A stretch of 64,000 nt of DNA from an uncultured Gemmatimonadaceae bacterium (GTDB taxonomy: Bacteria; Gemmatimonadota; Gemmatimonadetes; Gemmatimonadales; Gemmatimonadaceae): NCBI GenBank assembly GCA_963781585.1, contig CAWAGQ010000005.1, positions 320,001 through 384,000 of the forward strand, given 5' to 3'. Under the pieces are notes generated by a model. It saw nothing but the letters and a program-made list of their open reading frames with translations, did no database searches and was not told the DNA's origin. Positions 39,873-49,842 of this stretch are shown piece after piece; within the stretch, counting starts at the first letter, position 1, and every line of letters starts with the position of its first letter. The position numbers and the translations under genes are program-made.

Positions 39873-40463
39873 ATGTCACGGTTCCTGGCCGCCGCCCTCC
39901 TGGGCGCACTCACGCTGCCGGGCGCGGCGATCGGTGCCCAGCGCGGGCGCATTCCACCGCGTGACGAACAGATTGCCGCGGCGGTTCTGCCGTTGCCGCC
40001 GCACCTTCGGGCCCCGGCGACAGTGCTGGGATACAGTGCCAACGGGAAGCTGATCGTGCTCCGGAAAGGCACGGGAGACATGACCTGTCTCGCCCACAAT
40101 CCGAGCGAGAAGACCTTCCACGTCGCGTGCTATCACAATTCACTGGAGCCATTCATGGCACGCGGCCGAGCGCTGCGGGACCAGGGAGTCAAGGATCCGC
40201 AGGTTGACACTGTGCGGTTCGCCGAAGCGAAGTCAGGGAAGCTGAAGCTCCCGTCCGGACCGGCGAGTCTGTACCAGTTGTTTGGTGGCACGTTCGATCC
40301 CAAGAAGGGCACGGTGACCGGTGCGGAACCCTTGTACGTGGTCTACATCCCTTATGCCACCGGTGCCACCACCGGCTTGTCAGAGCGACCGATTGAAGGT
40401 GGCCCGTGGCTCATGTATCCAGGCACTCCAAAGGCCCACATCATGTACACGCCGAAGATGTGA
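39873..40463 (+). CDS. Hypothetical exported protein
   Basis: AAGGAG SD, signal peptide, C-terminal PWLMYPGTPKAHIM. Confidence 0.7.
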   Translation: MSRFLAAALLGALTLPGAAIGAQRGRIPPRDEQIAAAVLPLPPHLRAPATVLGYSANGKLIVLRKGTGDMTCLAHNPSEKTFHVACYHNSLEPFMARGRALRDQGVKDPQVDTVRFAEAKSGKLKLPSGPASLYQLFGGTFDPKKGTVTGAEPLYVVYIPYATGATTGLSERPIEGGPWLMYPGTPKAHIMYTPKM

Positions 40464-40608
40464 GTTCAGATGAGACAAGTGGCGGAATACGTTACCGAAT
40501 AGTGACTTAGATCAGGTCCTCATCGTCGGGATGCATACAGCGCCGCCCAGTTACTTCACTGTGCGGCGCTGTCGCATAGATGCATGATGCTGTCGTCATG
40601 ATGTCCCA

Positions 40609-40659
40609 TTGCGATTGGGCCATCAGTACTCTAGCGTTATATCCGGATATAGCGATAGA
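40609..40659 (+). promoter_or_regulatory. sahR promoter with overlapping palindromic operator
   Basis: TTGCGA-N17-TAGCGT; 30-bp inverted repeat TCTAGCGTTATATCCGGATATAGCGATAGA with a perfect 14-bp core at 40638-40651. Confidence 0.7.
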
Positions 40660-41598
40660 ATGGCGCAGCGACCAGTTGTACACGACCACCTCAGCACACT
40701 CGCCGAGCCAACACGGGGGCGGGTGCTGCTGACGCTGGAGAGCCAGGAACTCACGGTCGGCGAGCTCTGCTCGGTTCTCCGGCTCCCGCAGTCGACAGTG
40801 AGTCGACACCTGCGCGTACTCGGGGACGAGGAATGGATCGTGTCGCGCCAGGAAGGCACCAGCAGGTACTACGCACTGAGTCCGGGGCTCGAGGCCGGTG
40901 CCAAACGGTTGTGGGACGTGGTGCGCGACGATCTGCGAAACGGCCGAGCAGCGTCACAGGACCGTCTGCGGCTGGAGGGGGTGCGTGCCCGACGGAACGC
41001 GAAGTCTCGAGCCTTTTTTGCGGAATCGGCGTCTCAGTGGGATTCAATGCGCGCTGAGCTGTTCGGTGAGCGAACAGATCTCACGACCTTGCTCGGATTG
41101 CTGGAGGATCGGTGGGTCGTAGGCGATCTAGGCTGCGGAACCGGACGATTGAGCGAAGTGCTTGCTCCCTACGTGTCGCGGGTCGTGGCGGTCGACGCCT
41201 CGCCGGAGATGTTAGCGGGCACCCGCATGCGGCTCGCCGCACACCAGAATGTGGACGTGCGCCGCGGGGAGCTGGAGACGCTGCCAATCGATGCCGCTTC
41301 GCTGGACGCAGCGGTACTTTCGCTGGTGCTGCACCATGTCGCGGATCCGGTGCGCGTGCTCGCCGAAGTTCAGCGAGTGGTGCGTCCCGGGGGCCGGCTG
41401 CTGATTGTCGACATGCTTCCGCACGAGCATGAGGAGTACCGTCAGCTGATGGGGCACGTGTGGCTCGGGTTCGCGGAGAGCCAGGTTGAGGAGTGGCTGC
41501 AGAGCACGGGATTCAGGAACGCGATCATCCGTCGTCTGACCGCCGATCCGGCCGCGAAGGGACCAGCGCTCTTTGCGGCGTCGGCACGCCGAACATGA
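40660..41598 (+). CDS. sahR: SahR-type regulator (ArsR HTH plus class I methyltransferase domain)
   Basis: PQSTVSRHLRVL HTH, DLGCGTG SAM motif; directly upstream of ahcY. Confidence 0.8.
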   Translation: MAQRPVVHDHLSTLAEPTRGRVLLTLESQELTVGELCSVLRLPQSTVSRHLRVLGDEEWIVSRQEGTSRYYALSPGLEAGAKRLWDVVRDDLRNGRAASQDRLRLEGVRARRNAKSRAFFAESASQWDSMRAELFGERTDLTTLLGLLEDRWVVGDLGCGTGRLSEVLAPYVSRVVAVDASPEMLAGTRMRLAAHQNVDVRRGELETLPIDAASLDAAVLSLVLHHVADPVRVLAEVQRVVRPGGRLLIVDMLPHEHEEYRQLMGHVWLGFAESQVEEWLQSTGFRNAIIRRLTADPAAKGPALFAASARRT

Positions 41599-41801
41599 GC
41601 CGCATGGCGTCACGGGGTGTTTCATATTCCACGACGGGCGCCGCCGCCGTACGAGGGGCGCGGCCGCAGATCCAGCCGAAAAGACAGAATCGTGATCACG
41701 CGGCAGTACGAGAGGGCACGGGGAACCTGCAGTCAAACTGTGAGCGACGCACGGACCGGTCCAGGCGAACGGTCCGTCCATGGACCTGCTGAGGACGAGC
41801 A

Positions 41802-43286
41802 ATGACCACGACCATTCGAGCGAACGTAAATGCCGCAGACGCGGTGGATCGGCCTGCCTTCAAGGTCAGGGACCTGGCCCTGGCGGAGTGGGGACGGAAG
41901 GAGATTCGGCTTGCCGAACACGAGATGCCGGGTCTGATGGCGATTCGATCGGAGCACCGTGATGCCAAGCCGCTCGCGGGCGCGCGGATCATGGGTTCAC
42001 TTCACATGACGGTCCAGACCGCAGTGTTGATCGAAACGCTGGTCGAGCTCGGTGCAGACGTTCGCTGGGTTTCCTGCAACATCTTCTCGACGCAGGATCA
42101 CGCGGCGGCAGCGGCCGTTGTCGGACCCACGGGCACAGCGGACGGTCCCCGCGGTGTGGCGGTGTTTGCGTGGAAGGGCGAGACGCTCGAGGAATACTGG
42201 TGGTGCACCGAGCAGGCGCTGATGTGGCCGGATGGGCGTGGTCCGAACCTGTTGCTGGACGATGGCGGGGACGCCACGCTCCTGGTTCACAAAGGGGCGG
42301 AGTTCGAGCGAGCCGGCGAGGTGCCGAGCTTCAATGCGGCGGGGGAGCCTGAAGAGTGGGGCGTGATCCTGGATCTGCTGCGCAAGGAGCAGCGGTTGCA
42401 TCCCGGGCGCTGGACGGAGGTCGCGGGGGGGATTCGCGGAGTGTCGGAAGAAACCACGACGGGCGTTCACAGGCTGTACGAAATGATGCGTGCGGGAACA
42501 CTGCTCTTTCCCGCGATCAACGTGAACGACTCCGTGACGAAATCCAAGTTCGACAACATCTACGGCTGCCGGCACTCGGTGGTGGATGGACTGAACCGGG
42601 CAACCGACGTGATGCTGAGCGGCAAGGTGGTGGTGGTCTGTGGCTACGGCGAGGTCGGGAAGGGATGTGCGCAGGCGCTGCGAGGACAGGGCGCCCGGGT
42701 GGTGGTGACGGAGATCGACCCGATCTGTGCGTTACAGGCCGCGATGGAAGGATTCGAAGTGACGACCGTGGATGACGTGGTGGAGCGCGCCGACATCTTC
42801 ATCACCGCGACAGGCAACAAGAACGTGCTCACGGTGGGGCACATGCATCGAATGAAGGACAAGGCAATTGTCGGGAACATCGGTCACTTCGACAACGAGA
42901 TCGACATGGCCGGGCTCAAGCGGGTGCCGGGAATCCGGCGGATCAACATCAAGCCGCAGTACGACGAGTGGGAATTCCCGGACGGCCACGGGGTCCTGGT
43001 TCTTGCCGAGGGCCGCCTGCTGAATCTCGGATGCGCGACCGGACATCCGAGCTTCGTGATGTCGGCGTCGTTTTCGAACCAGGTGCTGGCGCAGATGGAG
43101 CTGCATCAGCATTCTGACCGGTACCAGCGCCAGGTCTACACGCTGCCGAAGCATCTGGACGAGCAGGTGGCGCGACTACACCTGCCGAAGATCGGTGTCA
43201 AGCTCACACGACTGACGGAAGAGCAGGCAGCGTACCTGGGGATTTCCCAGGACGGACCCTTCAAGGCCGATCATTACCGCTACTAG
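41802..43286 (+). CDS. ahcY: Adenosylhomocysteinase
   Basis: [39 protein letters not shown]-terminal HYRY. Confidence 0.98.
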   Translation: MTTTIRANVNAADAVDRPAFKVRDLALAEWGRKEIRLAEHEMPGLMAIRSEHRDAKPLAGARIMGSLHMTVQTAVLIETLVELGADVRWVSCNIFSTQDHAAAAAVVGPTGTADGPRGVAVFAWKGETLEEYWWCTEQALMWPDGRGPNLLLDDGGDATLLVHKGAEFERAGEVPSFNAAGEPEEWGVILDLLRKEQRLHPGRWTEVAGGIRGVSEETTTGVHRLYEMMRAGTLLFPAINVNDSVTKSKFDNIYGCRHSVVDGLNRATDVMLSGKVVVVCGYGEVGKGCAQALRGQGARVVVTEIDPICALQAAMEGFEVTTVDDVVERADIFITATGNKNVLTVGHMHRMKDKAIVGNIGHFDNEIDMAGLKRVPGIRRINIKPQYDEWEFPDGHGVLVLAEGRLLNLGCATGHPSFVMSASFSNQVLAQMELHQHSDRYQRQVYTLPKHLDEQVARLHLPKIGVKLTRLTEEQAAYLGISQDGPFKADHYRY

Positions 43287-43825
43287 CCGAGCGAGGCGAC
43301 CGAGGGGAGGCGTTGGGCGATAGTCGCGAGGGCGCTTGTCAGGCGGGCCGATCCGAGTCCCTGGACGGAGGCTACGGGAGCTCCCAGCCGGTCCAGCGCC
43401 CTGACGAATTCGGCGTGAAGTTCCGCGCGCGAGTAGGGGCGATCGCGCACACCGTCGGCCTCCCAGGTGACGTCGGTGTCCAGAAGAAGATAGAGATCGC
43501 CGAGGCGGTCGTGTGCGGTGGCCATGAGCCATGGTGGGGCCTCCGCGAAGTAGTGCTCGGCGTAGACGACGGTACTCACAAGATCAGTGTCGTGCACCGC
43601 CAGGCCGGACGCAGCGGCGATCGCGGCGTCCTCCAGTGCGACCTGGCCGCGCGCAATCGGCTCGACGTCGGCCACGGTGAGCGTCCTCCCGACCGACGCC
43701 GCGAACTGGCGTGAGTACTCCGCCGACCACGGCGCGTGGAGGTGATCAGCGAGCTGCCGTGCCAGGGTGGTCTTCCCGGTGCACTCAGACCCGGTAACCA
43801 CGATACGGAGGGGCCTGGCGCTCAT
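43283..43825 (-). CDS. NadR-type AAA ATPase / ribosylnicotinamide kinase domain protein
   Basis: [25 protein letters not shown]; adjacent to pnuC. Confidence 0.85.
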   Translation of the reverse strand: MSARPLRIVVTGSECTGKTTLARQLADHLHAPWSAEYSRQFAASVGRTLTVADVEPIARGQVALEDAAIAAASGLAVHDTDLVSTVVYAEHYFAEAPPWLMATAHDRLGDLYLLLDTDVTWEADGVRDRPYSRAELHAEFVRALDRLGAPVASVQGLGSARLTSALATIAQRLPSVASLG

Positions 43826-43870
43826 GGGTCGTGCCGGCCGCCGACTGCCTGATCCATGCGGAGCGCGAGA

Positions 43871-44476
43871 TCAGGCAAGGGCGGGAGCGCCATCTTCCCG
43901 CGGCTTCACGGTTCGCGCGGCGTGGTACGAGCGGAGCCACTGCAGGTGACCTATTGCGGCAAGGGCGAGGAAGGCCGTGTACTGGATGGACGTGAGATAG
44001 AGGTGCTTCAGAAAGATGAACATCCCGACATACACGATATCGAGGAGAATCCAGAGGCCCCAGTTCTCGAGGATCTTCCGCGTCATCATCCACTGAGCCA
44101 CCAGGGAGAAGACCGAAAGCGACGCGTCAAGATACGGAAGCGCCGCGTCGGTGGAGCGGCGCAGAAACGTGCCAAGGGCGACCGACACGAGAACTCCAAT
44201 CGCAGTGAGAACGGCAGTCTGGCGCACCGCCAGGCGTGAGACACGGAGCTCGCTGCGGTTCTCCCCGCCGTACAGCCACTGGTACCAGCCATAGAAGGAG
44301 AGGACGAGGTACACGACCTGGAGGCCCATGTCGGCATACAGCTTCTCGCGGTGGAAGATCAGCGTGTACAGGCCGACGTTGACGATCGCGGTGGGCCAGC
44401 TCCAGATGTTCTCGCGCGTGCTGAGAAAGACACTGACCAGGCCGAAGGTAACGGCGACCAGCTCGAGCGGGGACAT
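43871..44476 (-). CDS. pnuC: Nicotinamide riboside transporter PnuC
   Basis: ENIWSWP, LYADMGLQ, YGWYQW, PYLDA, AQWMMTRKILENW. Confidence 0.92.
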   Translation of the reverse strand: MSPLELVAVTFGLVSVFLSTRENIWSWPTAIVNVGLYTLIFHREKLYADMGLQVVYLVLSFYGWYQWLYGGENRSELRVSRLAVRQTAVLTAIGVLVSVALGTFLRRSTDAALPYLDASLSVFSLVAQWMMTRKILENWGLWILLDIVYVGMFIFLKHLYLTSIQYTAFLALAAIGHLQWLRSYHAARTVKPREDGAPALA

Positions 44477-44546
44477 GGGTTCCTGGTGAGATCGTCAGGT
44501 GGGGCGCGAGGCGGAGGCCGTGGAGAGTGGCAGGTGATCGTGCGGG

Positions 44547-45059
44547 TCAGCGGGTTCGGGTCAGGAGGTGTCGCAGGATGGTGCCGGCGTGTTCCGCTGA
44601 ATCCGCGAAGTGGACCGCCGCGGCAGCGTCGAGTTTCTGGAAGAAGGAGCGGGTGGTGGCCTCGGCTGCCACGAAGACAATCGGACGTCGGGCTCGCACA
44701 GCGTGGGCGGCCTCGACCGCGGTGCCGGCACTCATTCCGCAGACCGCCAGTGCGTCACTGGAAAGAACAATGACGTTGTTGCGTGCCTGTCCCATGGCGG
44801 TGACGATGGCCACCGAGAGGAAGAGACTGGCGCCGGAGGCATTGGCATCGGGAAGGATGCCGATCACGGTGCCGCCTGCAGAGCGCGCTCCCCGGCTGGC
44901 GGCTTCCATCACGCCGCTGGCCACGCCGCCGTTCACCAGAATCCATCCTTCGCGGCCGGCCAGGGCGCCTAATGCTTCGGCATTTCGCAGGTCGTCAGGG
45001 CTGCCGCTCTGTCCGGGCCCCACGATCGCCAGTACCGGCGTCCGAGGGCGGTCGCCCAC
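44547..45059 (-). CDS. LOG/SLOG superfamily protein (TIGR00725-like)
   Basis: LVNGGVASGVMEAASRGA, IGILP, GQARNNVIV, AGTAVE; start taken at GTG 45059. Confidence 0.8.
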   Translation of the reverse strand: MGDRPRTPVLAIVGPGQSGSPDDLRNAEALGALAGREGWILVNGGVASGVMEAASRGARSAGGTVIGILPDANASGASLFLSVAIVTAMGQARNNVIVLSSDALAVCGMSAGTAVEAAHAVRARRPIVFVAAEATTRSFFQKLDAAAAVHFADSAEHAGTILRHLLTRTR

Positions 45060-45078
45060 GGAATCCCTGGCGGGCGGC

Positions 45079-45198
45079 TCAGGGCTTGGGCGGCGGAGTG
45101 GGCGGCGCGGGTGCTTTGCGCTTCTTGCGGCGTCTGGTCTTTCCATAGCTGCCACGGTTGATCTTACCACGTCGTGAGCGCTGGTCTCCCTTTCCCAT
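45079..45198 (-). CDS. 30S ribosomal protein THX (bTHX/PSRP4 family)
   Basis: MGKGDQRSRRGKINRGSYGKTRRRKK (39 aa); GGAG SD. Confidence 0.9.
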   Translation of the reverse strand: MGKGDQRSRRGKINRGSYGKTRRRKKRKAPAPPTPPPKP

Positions 45199-45502
45199 CG
45201 ACGACTCTCCTGGCCGGGGCGGATTGGCAGGCCGCCTATCGAGTGACGGCGGCACGAGTTGACAAGGTATGGAGTCGAGAGGGGGGCGGGCAGTGGCAAA
45301 GGCCCCCGCGCGTTCCGATCGATGTTGCCAAACGCGCGAGAGAAGTGTCCTCATTAGAGCGGGCGCCCGGCTCCCATCGTAAGCGTATGTCATCCAACGA
45401 GAAAGACCTTATGGGTCCGGTCGCAAGGCGCTGTGCTGGCGACTGGGACCGTTGTCGTGCGTGTGGAATCCCGCCCACGGAACGAACGTGACCGACCCCA
45501 GG

Positions 45503-46828
45503 ATGTCATCAGATCGCGCGCGTCGCACGCCGCCGATGAATCGGCGACTCGAGGAGCGCCGCACGCCGGTTGGTGTGCCGTCGACGCCGGCGGGACACCG
45601 GAAGCGGGTGTGTGTGGTGATCGGAACGCGTCCGGAGGCCATCAAGATGGCGCCGGTGATCACGGAACTCGAGCGACACGTCGAGGAATTCGAGACCGTG
45701 ATCGTGGCCACCGCGCAGCATCGAGAGATGCTCGCACAGGCGATGTCGGCATTCCAGCTGCGGCCGCACATCGACCTGGGTCTGATGGCGACCCGGCAAG
45801 CGCTTTCGGATTTCACGTCGCGCGCCCTCCTGGCGCTTTCGAGCTGCTTTACCGAACTCCGACCGGACCTCGTGCTGGTGCAGGGCGACACTACCACGGT
45901 CCTGGCGGCGGCTCTGGCGGCGCGGTATCTGGGCATTGCGGTGGGCCACGTCGAGGCAGGACTGCGCTCCGGGAGTCTGCACAATCCATTTCCCGAGGAG
46001 TTGAACCGTCGGCTGGCGAGCGTGATCGCGGAGCTGCATTTCGCGCCGACCGAATCGGCGCGGGCCAATCTGTTGCGCGAGGGCGTTCCGAGCGAGCGCA
46101 TTCTGGTGACGGGGAATACGATCGTCGACGCGCTGGCGCGGATTCCGCGTCGGGCAGGCTTCGACGACCCCCGGCTGAACGCGCTGCCATGGGTATCGCA
46201 TCGGACGTTGCTGGTCACGGTGCATCGGCGCGAGAGCATCGGCGCTCCGTTGCGCGGCATGTGCCGGGCGTTCGGCGTGCTGGTGGACCGCTATCCCGAC
46301 CTGCTGATTCTCTTTCCGGTGCACCTGAATCCGCGGGTGCGCGAAATCGTGCTCGAGGAGCTGGCGGGGCGGCCCGGGGTGGAGCTGCTGGACCCGCTGA
46401 GCTATCCCGACCTCCTGGAAGTCGCGCGTCGCAGCCTGTTCGTGATGACCGATTCGGGCGGGATCCAGGAGGAATGTCCGTCGCTGCGCAAGCCGGTGCT
46501 GGTGCTACGGGAAACGACGGAGCGACCGGAGGTGATTCAGGCCGGATACGGGCGGCTGGTGGGGACCGATCCCGCGGCGATCGTCTCGGCGGCGTCGGAG
46601 CTTCTGGACAATCCGCTGGCGCTGGACGCGATGATTGACGGCGATAACCCGTTTGGTGATGGGCTTGCGGCGGTGCGGATCGTACAGGCACTGCACCAGT
46701 GGGCGCGCGAGTCTGCACCAGAGGGGACGGCTGCGGGGCCGATTCCACGCTCACTGCCGGGTGGAGGAAATCGGAGCCCGCTGGCGCCGGATCCGGCGGA
46801 AGTGGTCCGGAAAGCGACGGCGTCATGA
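45503..46828 (+). CDS. wecB: UDP-N-acetylglucosamine 2-epimerase, non-hydrolysing (start uncertain)
   Basis: GTRPEAIKMAP, QGDTTT, HVEAGLRS, PFPEELNR, TDSGGIQEE, NPFGDG. Confidence 0.95.
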   Translation: MSSDRARRTPPMNRRLEERRTPVGVPSTPAGHRKRVCVVIGTRPEAIKMAPVITELERHVEEFETVIVATAQHREMLAQAMSAFQLRPHIDLGLMATRQALSDFTSRALLALSSCFTELRPDLVLVQGDTTTVLAAALAARYLGIAVGHVEAGLRSGSLHNPFPEELNRRLASVIAELHFAPTESARANLLREGVPSERILVTGNTIVDALARIPRRAGFDDPRLNALPWVSHRTLLVTVHRRESIGAPLRGMCRAFGVLVDRYPDLLILFPVHLNPRVREIVLEELAGRPGVELLDPLSYPDLLEVARRSLFVMTDSGGIQEECPSLRKPVLVLRETTERPEVIQAGYGRLVGTDPAAIVSAASELLDNPLALDAMIDGDNPFGDGLAAVRIVQALHQWARESAPEGTAAGPIPRSLPGGGNRSPLAPDPAEVVRKATAS

Positions 46829-47640
46829 GGGGAAGGGTGGCCGTCGCGACCCGGCTGGTGATGCTCTCAGCGGCGTGCGCCGCACTCGCCGGACGGGTCC
46901 TGGCGCAGTCACCCGACAGTTCGTCGGGTGGTGGTGGGCGCATCGACCTGTCCGTGGATCAGCATCAGGTGAGCCATGGGCTGGGAGACTGGCACAGTGC
47001 GGAACTTCGTCTGGTGGTTCCACAAGCGTCGGGGCGCACCGTGTGGTACGGGGATGCGTTGTGGCGGCGGGCGTTTGATGACGAGGGCGTGTACGCATCG
47101 GTGTCGGTGCAGCAGGTGTTGTCGCGGGACTGGTTCGTCTTCGCAAGCCTTGGCGGCGGCAGCGGTGACTTCCTCTTTCCGGACATCCGTGCCGACGCCT
47201 CGTTCTCGCACAAGTGGCTTGCCAGCCAGCGGCTGGTGACGACGGTGGGAGGGACGATGGTCGACGCGAAGCGGGGGTATCGGGAAGAGAGTGTCTTTGC
47301 AGCGTTCGACGCCTATCCCGTGGCGGGCATGGTCCTGGAAGCGGGAGTCCGGGGAAGCCGCAGCTCACCCGGGAGCGTCGATTCGCAGCGGGCGTTTGGG
47401 GCGGTCACGTTAGGTAGCGAGGGAACCCGCTACGTCACGTTTCGGGGATCCACCGGCACGGAGGGATACCAGCTACTGGGTCCGACCACGGTGATCACCA
47501 AGTTCACCAGTCATGAGGGTGCCGTGGGATGGCGTGAGTGGCTGGGTCGGACGTGGGGAGTGCTGGCGCAGGGCGAGTACTACACGAATCCCAGCTACCG
47601 GCGGACAGGAGTGACGATCGGTGTCTTCGCGCACTGGTAG
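46825..47640 (+). CDS. YaiO-like outer-membrane beta-barrel protein
   Basis: Signal peptide, alternating amphipathic strands, NPSYRRTG, terminal aromatic residue (FAHW); ATGA overlap with wecB. Confidence 0.72.
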   Translation: MRGRVAVATRLVMLSAACAALAGRVLAQSPDSSSGGGGRIDLSVDQHQVSHGLGDWHSAELRLVVPQASGRTVWYGDALWRRAFDDEGVYASVSVQQVLSRDWFVFASLGGGSGDFLFPDIRADASFSHKWLASQRLVTTVGGTMVDAKRGYREESVFAAFDAYPVAGMVLEAGVRGSRSSPGSVDSQRAFGAVTLGSEGTRYVTFRGSTGTEGYQLLGPTTVITKFTSHEGAVGWREWLGRTWGVLAQGEYYTNPSYRRTGVTIGVFAHW

Positions 47641-47656
47641 GACGCCGCCGTATGTG

Positions 47657-48496
47657 ATGATGGCGAAGGGTCGCGAACGGCTGCTCGCGGAACTTCGCCG
47701 GCGCGGAGCGCGTGGCGGCATCATCGGGCCGCACCGGGCCCTGGTGAAAGGGCGACTCACGCCCTGGCGCCTGACGAGCATGGTCCTGATTCCACTGCTG
47801 CTGGCGGGAGGAACCGGACTGCTCCTGAAGCCGCTGAGCGACTGGTGGACATGGGTGCTGACACTGCTGCAACGGCCGCTGGGTTTGCCTGGCACGGTGG
47901 CGCGTGGCACGGTCACAATCGCCGGCCATTTCTCCTTCGCGGTGCCGTACTTCACGACCGACGCGCCGCTTCCCGCCACATCGCACTACTGGCTGGTTGG
48001 GGGGATTTGCGCCGTGGCGCTGGGTGCGTCGTTCATTCTGTCGCAACGCTTCACGCCGCTCATCTACTTCCTTCGCTTCGCGGTGCTGATCCAGCTCACC
48101 GCCGTGCTCAATTTCGTGCTCAGGCCCGGCTCATTTCCGTACGACCTCCCCCGATACCTGCTCAGTCTGTTCCACATCGGCACCGCAGTCCTGCTTCTCA
48201 TTCCACTGGTGCTGGGCTTCACCTACTTCCCGTTCAACATCGCCACCTGGCGCAAGGTGCTGCTAACGGCGCTTTGTGTGGGCCATATCGCGGTCCTGCT
48301 GCCGTTGCAGGTCACGGTGCATGCGTACCTCATCCATCACCTGTCATTGCTGGTGATGCCGACCCTGTTCTTCCTCTGGGGCATCCTGCTCCACCTGTTC
48401 GTGTTCGTGGCGCTCTACGCCTGGGCGATGAGCTGGCCGGACATTCCGCCTCGCGTTTCGGCGCGCGGCGTCGTGACCTCAGCAGGCAGGGTCTGA
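47657..48496 (+). CDS. Polytopic inner-membrane protein of unknown function
   Basis: About six hydrophobic helices, inside the operon. Confidence 0.75.
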   Translation: MMAKGRERLLAELRRRGARGGIIGPHRALVKGRLTPWRLTSMVLIPLLLAGGTGLLLKPLSDWWTWVLTLLQRPLGLPGTVARGTVTIAGHFSFAVPYFTTDAPLPATSHYWLVGGICAVALGASFILSQRFTPLIYFLRFAVLIQLTAVLNFVLRPGSFPYDLPRYLLSLFHIGTAVLLLIPLVLGFTYFPFNIATWRKVLLTALCVGHIAVLLPLQVTVHAYLIHHLSLLVMPTLFFLWGILLHLFVFVALYAWAMSWPDIPPRVSARGVVTSAGRV

Positions 48497-48498
48497 CG

Positions 48499-49842
48499 AT
48501 GGTCACCACGATCCTGCTGGTCCTGCTGTACATCGTGGTCGCGGTGCTGGTGGCCTATACCATCCGCCACTATGTGTTCACGCTCAATCGGCTGTTCGGC
48601 CGGCAGCGCCAGCCGTACGTGGACGTCACGGAGGCCGACTGGCCGCAAACCGTGGTGTTCATCCCGTGCCACAACGAGGAGAAGGTCATCGCCGGATCCC
48701 TCGAGGCGCTCCTGGCGAACGACTATCCCCATGATCGCCTGACGATCATTCCAGTCGACGACCGATCGACGGACAGCACCGGCGAGATTCTCCGCGGCTT
48801 CGCGACGCGGTACCCGAATCTGGTCAAGCCAGTCTTCCGCACCGGGGGCCAGGCCGGAAAGGCGGCGGCCCTCGCGGAGACAGGTGCGCGGATTGGTGGC
48901 GACGTACATCTGGTGTTCGACGCCGACTACATCCCCGGGCCCCGGCTGCTCAAGCAACTCGTGGCGCCGTTCTTCGATCCCGAGGTGGGGGCGGTGATGG
49001 GGCGTGTCGTTCCCCATAACGTCGGTGATGGACTCCTGGTCCGACTGCTCGATCTGGAACGCGCCGGCGGGTATCAGGTGGATCAGCAAGCCCGCATGAA
49101 TCTGGGTCTCATCCCGCAGTACGGCGGGACGGTGGGCGGCGTGAGGCGGGAGGCCCTGGCGAGCGTCGGTGGCTGGCGAACCGATACCCTGGCTGAGGAT
49201 ACGGACATCACCTACCGGCTCTACCTGCGCGGCTGGGAGGTGGCCTACCAGAACCGCTCCGAGTGCTATGAGGAGGTGCCGGAAACCTGGAATACGCGGA
49301 TCCGGCAGATTCAACGCTGGGCACACGGTCACAATCAGGCGCTGGGACGCTACCTGGGTGCCCTGTTGCGGAAGCCTCGTCATTTCCCGCTGTCGAGGGC
49401 GACCGACGGCATCCTGTTACTGGGGGTGTTTGCCGTGGCACCGGTTCTCCTGTTCGGGTGGGCCGTTGCGATATCGCTTTACTACCTGGGATATCAGCTG
49501 CCCACCGGTGTCCTGGCCGTCCTGATCGTGTCGGCGTTCAGCACACTCGGTAACTTCGCGGCGTTCTTCGAAGTGGCGACGGCGACGCGCCTGGACGGCT
49601 CTCGTCATCGCGTGCGGCTGTTGCCGTTCCTGTTCTTCGGATTCCTGGTCAGTCTGATCTCCGTATCGCAGGAATCACTGCGGCAGTTGTTCCGGTGGCC
49701 GGGCAAGCGGGCCGTTGTGTGGCACAAGACCGAGCGCTACCGCGACAACAACCACGGGGTGACCGCGAACGGCGCGACGAACGATAGCGTGGTGAATGGC
49801 GGCGCCCTGAAGCGGCGCCTCGAAGACGAGGAGAAAGCGTGA
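48499..49842 (+). CDS. Processive family 2 glycosyltransferase (synthase type)
   Basis: N-terminal TM, DDRSTD, DAD, AEDTD, QIQRW (D,D,D,QxxRW), C-terminal TMs and WHKTER. Confidence 0.92.
   Translation: MVTTILLVLLYIVVAVLVAYTIRHYVFTLNRLFGRQRQPYVDVTEADWPQTVVFIPCHNEEKVIAGSLEALLANDYPHDRLTIIPVDDRSTDSTGEILRGFATRYPNLVKPVFRTGGQAGKAAALAETGARIGGDVHLVFDADYIPGPRLLKQLVAPFFDPEVGAVMGRVVPHNVGDGLLVRLLDLERAGGYQVDQQARMNLGLIPQYGGTVGGVRREALASVGGWRTDTLAEDTDITYRLYLRGWEVAYQNRSECYEEVPETWNTRIRQIQRWAHGHNQALGRYLGALLRKPRHFPLSRATDGILLLGVFAVAPVLLFGWAVAISLYYLGYQLPTGVLAVLIVSAFSTLGNFAAFFEVATATRLDGSRHRVRLLPFLFFGFLVSLISVSQESLRQLFRWPGKRAVVWHKTERYRDNNHGVTANGATNDSVVNGGALKRRLEDEEKA

Noticed and set aside
41617..41632. parS site (TGTTTCA...)
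   Set aside because: Only a half match to TGTTTCACGTGAAACA; no full parS was noticed in the window.
41599..41801. SAH riboswitch upstream of ahcY
   Set aside because: Fragments such as GAGGGGCGC and CCAGGC occur, but I could not build the P1 and pseudoknot pairing; an Rfam scan would decide.
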